DNA from: Bdellovibrionia bacterium
GTDB lineage: Bacteria; Bdellovibrionota; UBA1018
Assembly (NCBI GenBank): GCA_045805065.1
Contig: JBJMMA010000099.1
Location: 1 to 16,341, forward strand
Reading direction: 5' to 3'
Length of the DNA stretch: 16,341 nt
Within the stretch, counting starts at the first letter, position 1, and each line of letters starts with the position of its first letter. Positions 6,542 to 15,808 of this stretch are shown here, piece by piece. The notes beneath the pieces are model-generated. The model worked only from the letters and a program-made list of their open reading frames with translations. It made no database searches and was not told where the DNA came from. The position numbers and the translations under genes were made by a program.

Positions 6542-8578
6542 ATGGCCTCAACTCAGTCTGAACTTGCTCCAAGGGTTCATATTCTTGAACCTCTCGTTGC
6601 CGAGCGTATTGCTGCCGGCGAAGTGATCGAGCGCCCATCAAGCGTCGTAAAGGAGCTCGTTGAAAACTCACTCGACGCGGGCGCTACTGAAGTCACTGTT
6701 CTTCTCGAAGAAGGCGGAAAGCGCCTGATTGAAGTTCTTGATAATGGCCATGGCATTCATCGTGATGACCTCAAAGTTTGTATTCAGCGCCACGCAACCA
6801 GCAAGCTTTCGAGTCTTGAAGACCTGGAGAGAATCTCAACCTTGGGCTTTCGCGGCGAAGCACTTCCCAGCGTAGGCGCGGTCGCAGATCTTACGATTCT
6901 TTCTCGCGCTCGTGGTGAAGACACGGCTTATCAGCTCCATCTTCATTCGCTTCAAGCCTCTCCTGAGCCAGAAGCCGTGACGTTTGGTCATTTCATGAGC
7001 TCGCCTCATGGAACGCGTATTCAGGCTCGCGGGCTATTCTCGCAGGTTCCAGCGCGTCTTAAGTTTCTGAAGTCTCAAGCCTCTGAAGTTTCGCAAGTCC
7101 GCGAGTGGATCGAAAGACTGGCTCTTGCTCATCCTGAAACAGGTTTCAGGCTTGTGAGCGATGGGCGTCAGGTTTTGAGCCTCCGCCCACAAGACGAAGT
7201 TGGCCGGGTAAAAGCCATTCTGTCGGATGGCGATGATTATCCGATCATTACGGCCTCAAATGATCTGGGTCTTAAAGATTCTGGCAAAGGCATCTTGCAG
7301 GTCAGAGCGCATTGGCTTCAGGGCCTGAGCTCTCCTCAGACCCGCAAAGTCGTGCAAGTCGTGAACGGAAGGTCTGTCCGCGATCGCATGGTTCAGCAAG
7401 CGATCCTCGCTGCTTTCCGCCAAGCGCTTCTTCCAGGCCAGTTCCCTGCGGTTGCGGTTTTCATCGACATTGATCCTTCTGAGATCGATGTGAACGTGCA
7501 TCCGACCAAGACTGAAATTCGCTTTCTGGACAGCCGAAAAGTTTTCCACGCCATTGAGTCGCTTCTCTCATCCATGATCGAAAAGCGCGGCGCTCCTGCT
7601 GTTGTGGCTACTTCGTCTGGCGCTTCGAACCCATGGGCGTCGCAGGGCGCGGCTTTTGGATCAAGCTCAAGCTTTGGAGGGTCTGCGCCGCATCAGTGGT
7701 CACCTCAGCCATCAGGCTACAGACCCACCTGGCAAGCTTCCGAAGCCATGCCTAAGTCGCAAACACCTTTCGATTTCACGACGCCTCCAACGATGCCGGT
7801 TTCTAATCCGGGCGGATCGGGCTTTGAGCTCGGTCTCAACAGTGGAATGGGCCGGAGCGAAACAGCCCCGACGACGAGCACGCAAGCCTATGCGCCAAGC
7901 ACTCAAACTGCAGGGCAAGCGCTCGGTCTTACACCTGAGCGCTTCATGGGCACGGCGTTCAACACTTACCTCTTTTACGACGTGGGACATGAGCTCGTCC
8001 TCATTGATCAACACGCCGCTCACGAGCGCATTCGCTATGAAAAGCTGAAAAAGCGCGCTCTGGATGTTGCAAAAGCATCAGGTCCAGATGCCCCAGCTGG
8101 AGCATCCGTTGTATCTGGCGCAGGCGTTCAAGCGCTTCTCATTCCAGAAGCAGTCCGATTTGCTTCGGATGAGCGCATGAAAGTCGAATCCCGTCTCGAT
8201 TGGCTCATGGCCCTTGGCTTTGATGCCGAGATCTTTGGCGAAGACACTCTTCTCTTCCGCGCAATCCCGGGCGAATGGGGCGCACATGAGCTCAGAACCC
8301 GTCTTAAAAGCCTCACGGAGCGCCTGATCGCCGCAGAAGCTTCGGAAAACCAGCCGCTTCAAAGCATCTTCATGGACGAGACACTTTTTGAAAAGCTCGC
8401 TAGCGAAGCCTGCCACTCAGCGATTCGCGCGGGCGATCGCCTGGAGCGCGTCGAAGCGCTCGAGCTCATTGAGCAGCTCTTCACCTGTGAGCATCCTTGG
8501 AACTGCCCGCATGGCCGTCCCACCGTTGCACGCATTCCCAAAGGCAAAGTTGAGGAATGGTTCCAACGCCGGGTCTAA
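6542..8578 (+). CDS. mutL: DNA mismatch repair endonuclease MutL
   Basis: Motifs IAAGEVIERPSSVVKELVENSLDAGA, HATSK, GFRGEAL and DVNVHPTK. The C-terminus has DQHAAHER, QALLIP (clamp motif), ACH and CPHGRP. Confidence 0.98.
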   Translation: MASTQSELAPRVHILEPLVAERIAAGEVIERPSSVVKELVENSLDAGATEVTVLLEEGGKRLIEVLDNGHGIHRDDLKVCIQRHATSKLSSLEDLERISTLGFRGEALPSVGAVADLTILSRARGEDTAYQLHLHSLQASPEPEAVTFGHFMSSPHGTRIQARGLFSQVPARLKFLKSQASEVSQVREWIERLALAHPETGFRLVSDGRQVLSLRPQDEVGRVKAILSDGDDYPIITASNDLGLKDSGKGILQVRAHWLQGLSSPQTRKVVQVVNGRSVRDRMVQQAILAAFRQALLPGQFPAVAVFIDIDPSEIDVNVHPTKTEIRFLDSRKVFHAIESLLSSMIEKRGAPAVVATSSGASNPWASQGAAFGSSSSFGGSAPHQWSPQPSGYRPTWQASEAMPKSQTPFDFTTPPTMPVSNPGGSGFELGLNSGMGRSETAPTTSTQAYAPSTQTAGQALGLTPERFMGTAFNTYLFYDVGHELVLIDQHAAHERIRYEKLKKRALDVAKASGPDAPAGASVVSGAGVQALLIPEAVRFASDERMKVESRLDWLMALGFDAEIFGEDTLLFRAIPGEWGAHELRTRLKSLTERLIAAEASENQPLQSIFMDETLFEKLASEACHSAIRAGDRLERVEALELIEQLFTCEHPWNCPHGRPTVARIPKGKVEEWFQRRV

Positions 8579-9501
8579 AAGTAGCGATTCTGACTGGCCC
8601 GACCGCAACCGGAAAAACCGGACTTGCGATCGAGCTTGCTGAAAAGCATGGCTCAATGGAGATCATCAATGCCGATAGCCTACTCGTTTATCGGGGAATG
8701 GATATCGGAACCGCAAAGCCAACCCAGGCTGAACAGAAAAACATTCCGCACCATCTCATCGATATTCGCGATCCTCATGAAGCTTTCACCGCGGGAGATT
8801 TTCATCGTGAGGCGACAAAAGCCATCGATGAGATCCACACCCGAGGCAAACGCGCGCTCATCGTCGGTGGCACAGGCTTTTACTTGAAAACTCTTCTTTA
8901 CGGTCTTTGGCCTGCTCCAAAATCCGATCCAGCCATCAGACAAAAACTTGAGCAAGAATCAAACGACGAGCTCTATCAAAAATTAGAAAAGCGTGACCCC
9001 AACGCCGCGCTCCGAATTGGACGCAATGATCGCTATCGTCTGATCCGCGCACACGAGATGATCGAACTCTCTGGCATGACGCCTACAGAGATGCAGGCGC
9101 AAACTCCAAAGGAGCCAGATCCTCGCTTTGAGCTCTGGGTTCTGGATCGCACAAACGATGAGCTTTACGCACGGATCGAAAAACGCACTGACCAAATGAT
9201 TGAGCAAGGCCTGATCGAAGAAGTTAAAACTCTTCAAACACGCTACGCGGGCCAGGAGCTTCCACGAGCGCTCTCATCGGTAGGATATCGAGAGACAAAA
9301 GATTTCCTCGCCGGCGTCGCGCCCGAAGGCCGGAAGATTGCGCCTGGCATTGAAGGCTTGAAGTCTGAGATCTCGCTCTCCACACGCCAGCTCGTCAAAA
9401 GCCAACGCACCTGGTTCCGCGGTGAGAAGTCTTCGCACTGGTTCACGCTCGATCAGGATCTGCCCGCACTTCATGAAGCTTGGAAGAACATCTATGGCTA
9501 A
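8557..9501 (+). CDS. miaA: tRNA dimethylallyltransferase
   Basis: Motifs GPTATGKT, DSLLVYRGMDIGTAKP, PHHLID, VGGTGFY and KSQRTWFR. Follows mutL as commonly seen. Confidence 0.97.
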   Translation: MVPTPGLKVAILTGPTATGKTGLAIELAEKHGSMEIINADSLLVYRGMDIGTAKPTQAEQKNIPHHLIDIRDPHEAFTAGDFHREATKAIDEIHTRGKRALIVGGTGFYLKTLLYGLWPAPKSDPAIRQKLEQESNDELYQKLEKRDPNAALRIGRNDRYRLIRAHEMIELSGMTPTEMQAQTPKEPDPRFELWVLDRTNDELYARIEKRTDQMIEQGLIEEVKTLQTRYAGQELPRALSSVGYRETKDFLAGVAPEGRKIAPGIEGLKSEISLSTRQLVKSQRTWFRGEKSSHWFTLDQDLPALHEAWKNIYG

Positions 9502-10426
9502 GCAAAAACCCCGCATCGTTCTTACCTACCCCATTCATTGTGATGTCATTGAGAATGAGCTTAAGCCTTATGCTCATGTCGATTTGATCGTAGATCCTAA
9601 GAAACTTCCAAAAGCGCTTCAGAATGCTGACGGACTCATCACTCTTCTCACCCAGCCTGTAACCGACTCGCTCCTGGCGAATGCACCACGCCTTCGCGTG
9701 GTGGGTAATATGGCCATCGGAGTCGATAACATCGACCTCAAAGCCTGCGCGAAAAGAGGAATCCAGGTCGTCAACACTCCCGATGTTCTCACCCGGGCAA
9801 CTGCCGAGCTTGCGATCACCCTGCTTTTTGCTGCAGCCAAGCGCGTTCCAGAAGGCGAAGCCCTGTGCCGCCAGGGAAAGTTCAAAGGCTGGGAACCCGA
9901 CATGCTCCTGGGCTTGGAGCTCAAAGGTCGCAAAGCCGTTTTGGTCGGTAAAGGACGCATCGGCCACGAAACCGGAAAGATGATGCAGGCTCTGGGGCTC
10001 AAAGTCGATTACATCACCCGGAAAGATTCGCCCGCTGTGATTGAAAAAAAGCTCAAGCAAGCCCAAGTTCTCTCGCTTCATGCGCCTTATAACGCATCGA
10101 CTAAGCATTGGCTCAATCAGCAACGCATTGCACTCCTTCCCAAAGACGCCATCGTCATCAATACGGCAAGAGGACCTGTGATTGACGAAAAAGCGCTCAT
10201 CCAAGCACTTCAAAAGAAACGCATTTTCGCTGCAGGCCTGGATGTTTACGAGAAAGAGCCCCAGATTCCAAACTCACTCAGAAAACTTCCAAACGTCGTG
10301 CTTCTCCCTCACGTGGGAAGCGCAACGCGTGAAACGCGGGAGGCCATGGCAAGACTCGTGGTTCAAGGAACCCTCGGGGTTTTGAGTGGAAAACGCGTCC
10401 CAAACACAGTAAAATTTCAAGGCTAA
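9494..10426 (+). CDS. D-2-hydroxyacid dehydrogenase (glyoxylate/hydroxypyruvate reductase, D-glycerate dehydrogenase family)
   Basis: Motifs GVDNID, NTPDVLT, GKGRIG, INTARGPVIDE, AGLDVYEKEP and PHVGSAT. Likely start is ATG 9494 (MAKQKPRIV), overlapping the miaA stop. Confidence 0.93.
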   Translation: MAKQKPRIVLTYPIHCDVIENELKPYAHVDLIVDPKKLPKALQNADGLITLLTQPVTDSLLANAPRLRVVGNMAIGVDNIDLKACAKRGIQVVNTPDVLTRATAELAITLLFAAAKRVPEGEALCRQGKFKGWEPDMLLGLELKGRKAVLVGKGRIGHETGKMMQALGLKVDYITRKDSPAVIEKKLKQAQVLSLHAPYNASTKHWLNQQRIALLPKDAIVINTARGPVIDEKALIQALQKKRIFAAGLDVYEKEPQIPNSLRKLPNVVLLPHVGSATRETREAMARLVVQGTLGVLSGKRVPNTVKFQG

Positions 10427-10429
10427 CTT

Positions 10430-11317
10430 ATGGCAAGAAACGGTCAACGCATTATCATTGTTTCGGACGGAACCGGCGAAACCGCTGCTCAAATGACTAA
10501 GGCAGCGATGGTCCAGTTCAGCGATCGAAATGCTTATTTCACTCGTTACAAGAATGTCCGTAACGAAGCTCAAATCGAAGCGATCTGCGATGACGCTGCC
10601 GTCCGGCATGAGCTCATCGTCTACACGATCGTCTCGCCGCAGCTTCGCGCTTTTCTTGCGACTAAAGCTCGCGAAAAAAACATTCCCTGCATCGACCTTC
10701 TGGGCCCGCTTCTCATGGGCCTTGCCAACTACTTTGGATATGAGCCCAAGTCCATCGCGGGTCTCTTGCACGACGTGAACGAAGATTACTTCCGCCGCAT
10801 CGAGGCGATGGAGTACACCATCCAGCACGATGACGGTCGCGACCTGACTGGTCTTGAAAAAGCCGATCTCATCATCCTGGGAATCTCGCGCACGTCCAAG
10901 ACCCCACTCTCGATGTATCTTTCCCACCAGGGCTGGCGAGTTGCCAATGTGCCTTTGATTCAGGGATTTGATGTTCCAAAGGAAGTCTTTTTGATCGACC
11001 AGCGCCGGGTGGTTTGCCTGACAATCGATCCAGAGGATCTTGCAACCATTCGTAGAGCGCGTCTCGAGCGCCTGGGACATGATCGGGGTGGCGAGTACGC
11101 GGATCCTGACAAAGTTAATCAAGAGATCGAGTACGCCAACGAGATCTTCCGCCGAAACCGTAAATGGCCGGTTTTTAACGTCACCGGCAAGGCCCTCGAG
11201 GAAACAGCATCCGAAATCGTCAAGCTTATGGCTTCCCGCCGCTTGACACCGCCCCATTGGATGGAACATCTTCCTCCAGTTCCCCCGACGGTGGTATCAT
11301 CTACTAAACCGAAGTAA
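10430..11317 (+). CDS. ppsR: Pyruvate,phosphate/water dikinase regulatory protein (DUF299 kinase/pyrophosphorylase)
   Basis: Motifs IVSDGTGETA, YFRRIEAMEY, HDDG, GISRTSKTPLSMYL, ANVPL and ALEETA. Confidence 0.93.
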   Translation: MARNGQRIIIVSDGTGETAAQMTKAAMVQFSDRNAYFTRYKNVRNEAQIEAICDDAAVRHELIVYTIVSPQLRAFLATKAREKNIPCIDLLGPLLMGLANYFGYEPKSIAGLLHDVNEDYFRRIEAMEYTIQHDDGRDLTGLEKADLIILGISRTSKTPLSMYLSHQGWRVANVPLIQGFDVPKEVFLIDQRRVVCLTIDPEDLATIRRARLERLGHDRGGEYADPDKVNQEIEYANEIFRRNRKWPVFNVTGKALEETASEIVKLMASRRLTPPHWMEHLPPVPPTVVSSTKPK

Positions 11318-11338
11318 GCCCGAAGTAAGGAGTAACCC

Positions 11339-12301
11339 ATGGCCCAGGCAGGCAGTCCGAATAAACCCAGAGGTTCCAAAGTCTGGTACAATGGAAAAAT
11401 TCTTGCGACCGAAGATGCGAAAATCAGCCTCTACACCCACGGCTTGCACTACGGCGTAGGCGCCTTCGAAGGCATTCGCGCTTATAAGCAAAAGAGCGGT
11501 GGCGGCGCGATCTTTCGCCTGACCGAGCATATGGAGCGCCTGGCAGAGAGCGCCAAGATCCTGGGTCTTGAACTCCCCTACACCGTCGAGCAACTTTGCC
11601 GAGCAGCCATTGAAACCTGCCAGGCTAATAACTTTCTGGAGTGCTACGTCCGTCCAATCATCTTCATTGCGGATGGCCCTCTGGGCGTCAACCCTGGCGC
11701 AAATCCTCCGATCGACGTTGCCGTTCTCACTTGGGAATGGGGCAGCTATCTTGGAGATTCCGGCATCAATCAAGGCTGTCGCTTGAAAGTTTCAAGCTTC
11801 ATCCGCCCTCATGTCAATTCGATCATGACCAAAGGCAAGATCACGGGCCAATACGCAACCGGCGTTCTCGCTAAGCGCGAAGCCATCGCTGCAGGTTACG
11901 ATGAAGCTCTTCTTCTCGATCCAGAAGGTTATTTGACTGAAGGCAGCGGCGAGAATCTTTTCATGGTGAAAAACGGCGTCGTGAAGACGACTCCCCTCAC
12001 CTCCATTTTGAACGGCATCACCCGCAACACCGTGATGACCTATCTGGCTGAGCAAGGCATCAAAGTCGTTGAGCAACGCTTTACGCGTGATGAGCTCTGG
12101 TGCGCGGACGAAGTGTTCCTCACCGGCACGGCAGCCGAGATCACGCCTGTTCGTGAAATCGATGGCCGCTTGATCGGATTTGGCGCGGCGGCTGGCAAGC
12201 CAGGCCCGATTGCCTCGAAGCTTCAGAAGGATTACGCAGCGATTGTTCGCGGCGAGCTTTCTCCTGCTTACGCAAAGAACTGGCTTACCGCGATCGACTG
12301 A
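11339..12301 (+). CDS. ilvE: Branched-chain amino acid aminotransferase
   Basis: Motifs HGLHYGVGAFEGIRAY, EGSGENLF, GITR and DEVFLTGTAAEITPV. AAGGAG RBS upstream. Confidence 0.96.
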   Translation: MAQAGSPNKPRGSKVWYNGKILATEDAKISLYTHGLHYGVGAFEGIRAYKQKSGGGAIFRLTEHMERLAESAKILGLELPYTVEQLCRAAIETCQANNFLECYVRPIIFIADGPLGVNPGANPPIDVAVLTWEWGSYLGDSGINQGCRLKVSSFIRPHVNSIMTKGKITGQYATGVLAKREAIAAGYDEALLLDPEGYLTEGSGENLFMVKNGVVKTTPLTSILNGITRNTVMTYLAEQGIKVVEQRFTRDELWCADEVFLTGTAAEITPVREIDGRLIGFGAAAGKPGPIASKLQKDYAAIVRGELSPAYAKNWLTAID

Positions 12302-12603
12302 TGCTGATCGGCGTTGGTCGTATCGTACTCGACTTCTACAATAACGAGAAAGCATCGGTAAAAAACCGGATGCTGGAGGACTTTTGCACCGACTTGCGCA
12401 AAAAGTTCAATATCTCGTGTTTAGAAGTCGCGGACTTTGATGATCCCGAGCGCTGCGTGATCGGCTTTGCTGCCGTCATTCCAGAAACCTGGAAAACCCA
12501 GAGCGCTCAGGGCTTTGTTGAAAAGATCTGCCAGACAATCGATGAGACTGCCTTTGCTCGCGTGATGGTTGAAGACTGGGATCTGCTCTCTCACGGAGAT
12601 TGA
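12301..12603 (+). CDS. DUF503 (YlxP-like) protein
   Basis: 100 aa with M-IGV..L, K..V, LRKKFNISCLEV.D.D and IGFA pattern. TGATG overlap with ilvE. Confidence 0.75.
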   Translation: MLIGVGRIVLDFYNNEKASVKNRMLEDFCTDLRKKFNISCLEVADFDDPERCVIGFAAVIPETWKTQSAQGFVEKICQTIDETAFARVMVEDWDLLSHGD

Positions 12604-12629
12604 GCCCACCCATGTCGAGTTCATGTAAG

Positions 12630-12669
12630 AAAACAAATGATAAGGCCCCGCGCTAAACACGCAGGGCCT
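12630..12669 (-). terminator. Intrinsic terminator for the minus-strand gene (possibly bidirectional)
   Basis: On the minus strand, AGGCCCTGCG-TGTTTAG-CGCGGGGCCT forms a stem with one G:U pair, followed by TATCATTTGTTTT. Confidence 0.65.
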
Positions 12670-12709
12670 CGTCAGTTAACCTAGCCTTATCAAAAGTCAG
12701 AGCAAACGA

Positions 12710-13819
12710 TTAACGCCCGCCCCAGACTTCCACCTGAGCCTTGGATCCGAAGATATTGAACGAATCTCCGTAGATGATCACTTGATCAATCGCGCGGTCA
12801 CGGTCGCCGCGGCCACGATTAAAGTCATCAAAGTCCATGTAATAGGAGTCATGCTCCTTGAGCATGATGTTTTCCCGGCGAACGCGCTCTTGCGTTGAGA
12901 AAACCACTTCGACGTATTTCACTTCAAAGTCGTCATCCTTTGCAATGAGCTTAATGCCATCAAAGCGGCCCTTGTCCAGGCCTACATCAATTCGGCGGGT
13001 ATCAGGCTTGCTCTTGCTGACCAAGCCCGTCGTACCCAACATCGTGAACGAGAGCTCGCGGCGCGGCTCATGGCGAGGAGGCGCTACGACAATCGGTGGT
13101 TCCTCGTGGCGAGGTTCCACCACGACGACAGGAGGTGCCTCATGGCGAGGTTCCTCATGATGACGACGAGCCAGAAGCCCTTCTACGCGAACCGAGGCTG
13201 GACGATAGTTGTCCGCGCCACCGTAACCACCGCCATGGTATCCGCCATAGCCTCCGCGGCCACGATCACGGCCGTAGTCTCGACCGCCACGTCCGCCATC
13301 GCCGCGATCTGGCGTATCAATTCCAAAGACGCGAATGGATCTGATGCAACGACCGTTTGGACGGCCATCCATCACATCATCGACGTCGAGCCAGCCGGTG
13401 GACTGACCGGAGTCGAGATAGATCCCATCAGAGCCGCGACGGTCGTCAGAGCGACGATCGCCATAGCGTGGGCCGCGGTCATCGGACATATCGATGGAGT
13501 CACTGTTTCTGCCATATGAATCGGCATCGCGATATTCAACATCAATACGAGTGAGATAAACGCTATCGCTGAATGCACTGAGCTTGATATGGGTCAAGCC
13601 GCATTGAATACGAGGATTGCTGAAGACGTCCAAGGTGCCTGCATCCACACGATGGCCTGAATTACCAATCACCACCTCACCCAAGGTAATCACTTCGCGC
13701 TCGCGGAACCGATCATCGTTTCGATCCGCCCATCGACCTGGGCGGGCTTGCGCGATGCCACCGATAGTGAGCGCAACCAACAGAGAGGCCTGGATCCAGT
13801 TCTTGGCATTCTTCTTCAT
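12710..13819 (-). CDS. Secreted hypothetical protein with two beta-sandwich (DUF2541-like) domains and a Gly/Arg- and Pro-rich linker
   Basis: Start ATG 13819 with GAGGAG upstream (13831-13836). Signal peptide MKKNAKNWIQASLLVALTIGGIAQA. Two similar modules: IKLSAFSDSVYLTRIDVEY...IRSIRVFG and IKLIAKDDDFEVKYVEVVF...IDQVIIYG. Confidence 0.8.
   Translation of the reverse strand: MKKNAKNWIQASLLVALTIGGIAQARPGRWADRNDDRFREREVITLGEVVIGNSGHRVDAGTLDVFSNPRIQCGLTHIKLSAFSDSVYLTRIDVEYRDADSYGRNSDSIDMSDDRGPRYGDRRSDDRRGSDGIYLDSGQSTGWLDVDDVMDGRPNGRCIRSIRVFGIDTPDRGDGGRGGRDYGRDRGRGGYGGYHGGGYGGADNYRPASVRVEGLLARRHHEEPRHEAPPVVVVEPRHEEPPIVVAPPRHEPRRELSFTMLGTTGLVSKSKPDTRRIDVGLDKGRFDGIKLIAKDDDFEVKYVEVVFSTQERVRRENIMLKEHDSYYMDFDDFNRGRGDRDRAIDQVIIYGDSFNIFGSKAQVEVWGGR
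13065..13160 (-). repeat. Intragenic tandem repeats encoding PRHE(E/A)PP
   Basis: CTC(A/G)TGGCGAGG occurs three times. The protein reads RHHEEPRHEAPPVVVVEPRHEEPPIVVAPPRHEPRRE. Confidence 0.75.
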
Positions 13820-13861
13820 ACTTCTCTTTACTCCTCGATTAAAAATTCCTGCGAGGAGAGA

Positions 13862-13878
13862 TTGCAGAGAGTATGCCG
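13862..13878 (-). promoter_or_regulatory. sigma54-like -24/-12 promoter
   Basis: Minus strand CGGCAT-ACTCT-CTGCAA (GG-N10-GC), ~45 nt upstream of ATG 13819. Confidence 0.5.
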
Positions 13879-14014
13879 CGCGGCATGAATGGTTATCCTG
13901 CGCGAATTCATTAAGATTGTGGAAACTCTGTGGAAAAGAAAGAGACACAGCGATGTCGAGAACTTTGACACTCGTTTTTGATCTGAACGAGATCAATCTA
14001 CCATCCACGGCAGA

Positions 14015-15772
14015 TCAGCGGCAGGATCTCGGAATGGGACGCAGCGGACATGCCGCAAGCACCGCATGGATGCTGCCTGCAGACCTTTCCGGAGGAACTA
14101 GCAACTGGGCACCTTGCCTTTTTACGAGTGCCTGGATGTAAGAGTTATACATAAACTCAGTGATATCTATTTTGCAGCCTTCTTGCTCGTTCGAGCTCAG
14201 GTTTCGGTTAACTTGGATCTCTTTCATATAATCCGAGACTGGGCCCTTGAAGAGAATGCTGGAAGGTTCCTTCGAAGAGCCTGCGGCCCAAGCGCAGAGC
14301 TTCGCCTCATCAGGAGGAGTTGAGCTTCGAGAGTCAGCGTAAAGGTCATTATAGGCTTGAATGCGCTGTCGGATGGACTTCAGCGCTTCCAGTTGGCCCA
14401 CTTTCCCTTGTGTATAAGCGGTCTTGATATCGGCAAATCGCTCATCTTTCCAGGCAAGCTCCCAATACGAAAGCTCGTCTTTCATCACAGAAAGATGCTC
14501 TGAGCTTCCCTCTTGATCGAAGTCAACTTTGCCCCAGGCCTGGATGCTGAATAAGTCCACGCGATGCAGGAAGAGCGGATCCTCTTTGGGAAATTTTTCT
14601 GCCCATTGATCCTTCTTAATTTGTGATGCTTCGGGATGACTTAGAGTTTCCCAGGCAAGCCGGACCAGGGATGCATCCGATAGCTCATGGCTCAATGGAC
14701 GCAAAGCAATTAAAGGATCCGGCTGTTTTACCCCTTTGAGCTTTAACCCATAACTGCGCGCTAAGAGCTCAACATCACTGTGACCCGAAACTTCAAAAGG
14801 CGCATTAAAGAGCATTCCCAAGAGGTGTCGAACCTCAGGCGAATACTGCGAAAATTCGGGATCCTTTTTCAGCCTCTCCTGCCAAGCCTTCTCAAAACGA
14901 GAGGCCAGGCTGGCGCCTGATTTTCTTTTCTCATCCTGATAAACTTCAAATGCAATTCGACTGATCTTTGCGAGTTCGGCTCGAGTACGCAAGAGCCCGA
15001 GAGACTTCATTTGTCCGAGCCTGGCTAAATAGCCCGCATGACCGTGGCTCATGCGCCAGAGCTCCATGTTCTCTACGTGCTCATGCGTGTAGTAAGTGAT
15101 CGCCCGGGTTGTATCGAGACCCAATTGCCGGGCAACAAAGCCAGGCTTCAACATGTCCAAGCGACCCAGTTCACGCAGATAAGCCAGACCCGGAGTCACA
15201 TCGGATTTCAAAATCTCATCAAACTTTTTTTCGAGAGTGTCATCAATGGTGACAGTCGCTGCAGTGAACATCGGAATGCCTAAGAGAATTTTCGCTGGCT
15301 CCGTCAGATGATATCGACTCTGCAATAGCTCAAACGGAAGCGTCAAAGGAGCCGCGGGCCAATCACTGGGAGAATACAAAAGACTTTTCCACGGAATATG
15401 GTCTGAGTTTTCTCGACGCTTCACAACGACCCGTTTCATGACACTTTTGATGCAGCCAGGGAAATCTGGAGCGTTCTTGCAAAGTCCCACGAGCTCAGAC
15501 GAATACCTGACGGGGAGCGAGTTTTTTCCAGTCGTGATGAGTCGTGAACCCTTCGACTCTTTCACTTCTTTCCAGTATTGTTTCTGGAAGGTGATGACTT
15601 CATTCGCGCGGGCGCGGGTATTTTTAAATGTCAGGCGATCCTTCAGATATTGACCAATGCCTCGGCCGCAAGAGGGCACCGGCGCTTCTTCCGCCCATCC
15701 AGAGGCAGATAAAAGCAGGCCAGCCATGCCCAGAGCAAAGACAAATTGTAGCTTAAAACTCCAGGCTCTCAT
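14015..15772 (-). CDS. Secreted/membrane hypothetical protein, 585 aa
   Basis: Long ORF. Signal peptide ...GLLLSASGWA-EE followed by an early Cys. Internal hydrophobic segment ILLGIPMFTAATVTI. No family recognised. Confidence 0.75.
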   Translation of the reverse strand: MRAWSFKLQFVFALGMAGLLLSASGWAEEAPVPSCGRGIGQYLKDRLTFKNTRARANEVITFQKQYWKEVKESKGSRLITTGKNSLPVRYSSELVGLCKNAPDFPGCIKSVMKRVVVKRRENSDHIPWKSLLYSPSDWPAAPLTLPFELLQSRYHLTEPAKILLGIPMFTAATVTIDDTLEKKFDEILKSDVTPGLAYLRELGRLDMLKPGFVARQLGLDTTRAITYYTHEHVENMELWRMSHGHAGYLARLGQMKSLGLLRTRAELAKISRIAFEVYQDEKRKSGASLASRFEKAWQERLKKDPEFSQYSPEVRHLLGMLFNAPFEVSGHSDVELLARSYGLKLKGVKQPDPLIALRPLSHELSDASLVRLAWETLSHPEASQIKKDQWAEKFPKEDPLFLHRVDLFSIQAWGKVDFDQEGSSEHLSVMKDELSYWELAWKDERFADIKTAYTQGKVGQLEALKSIRQRIQAYNDLYADSRSSTPPDEAKLCAWAAGSSKEPSSILFKGPVSDYMKEIQVNRNLSSNEQEGCKIDITEFMYNSYIQALVKRQGAQLLVPPERSAGSIHAVLAACPLRPIPRSCR

Positions 15773-15808
15773 CCTTAGTAGTCACAACCTCTTGATCTTA
15801 CACTAAAG

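Noticed and set aside
9422..9493. Upstream GTG start for the 2-hydroxyacid dehydrogenase
   Set aside because: It would overlap miaA by 80 nt. Family-like sequence begins at ATG 9494.
9443..12355. Antisense ORFs 9443-10213, 10274-11269, 11297-11773, 11792-12355
   Set aside because: They lie opposite conserved genes and are explained by codon bias.
13820..14008. 63-aa N-terminal extension of the 432-aa ORF
   Set aside because: The RBS, signal peptide and promoter-like motif all point to ATG 13819.
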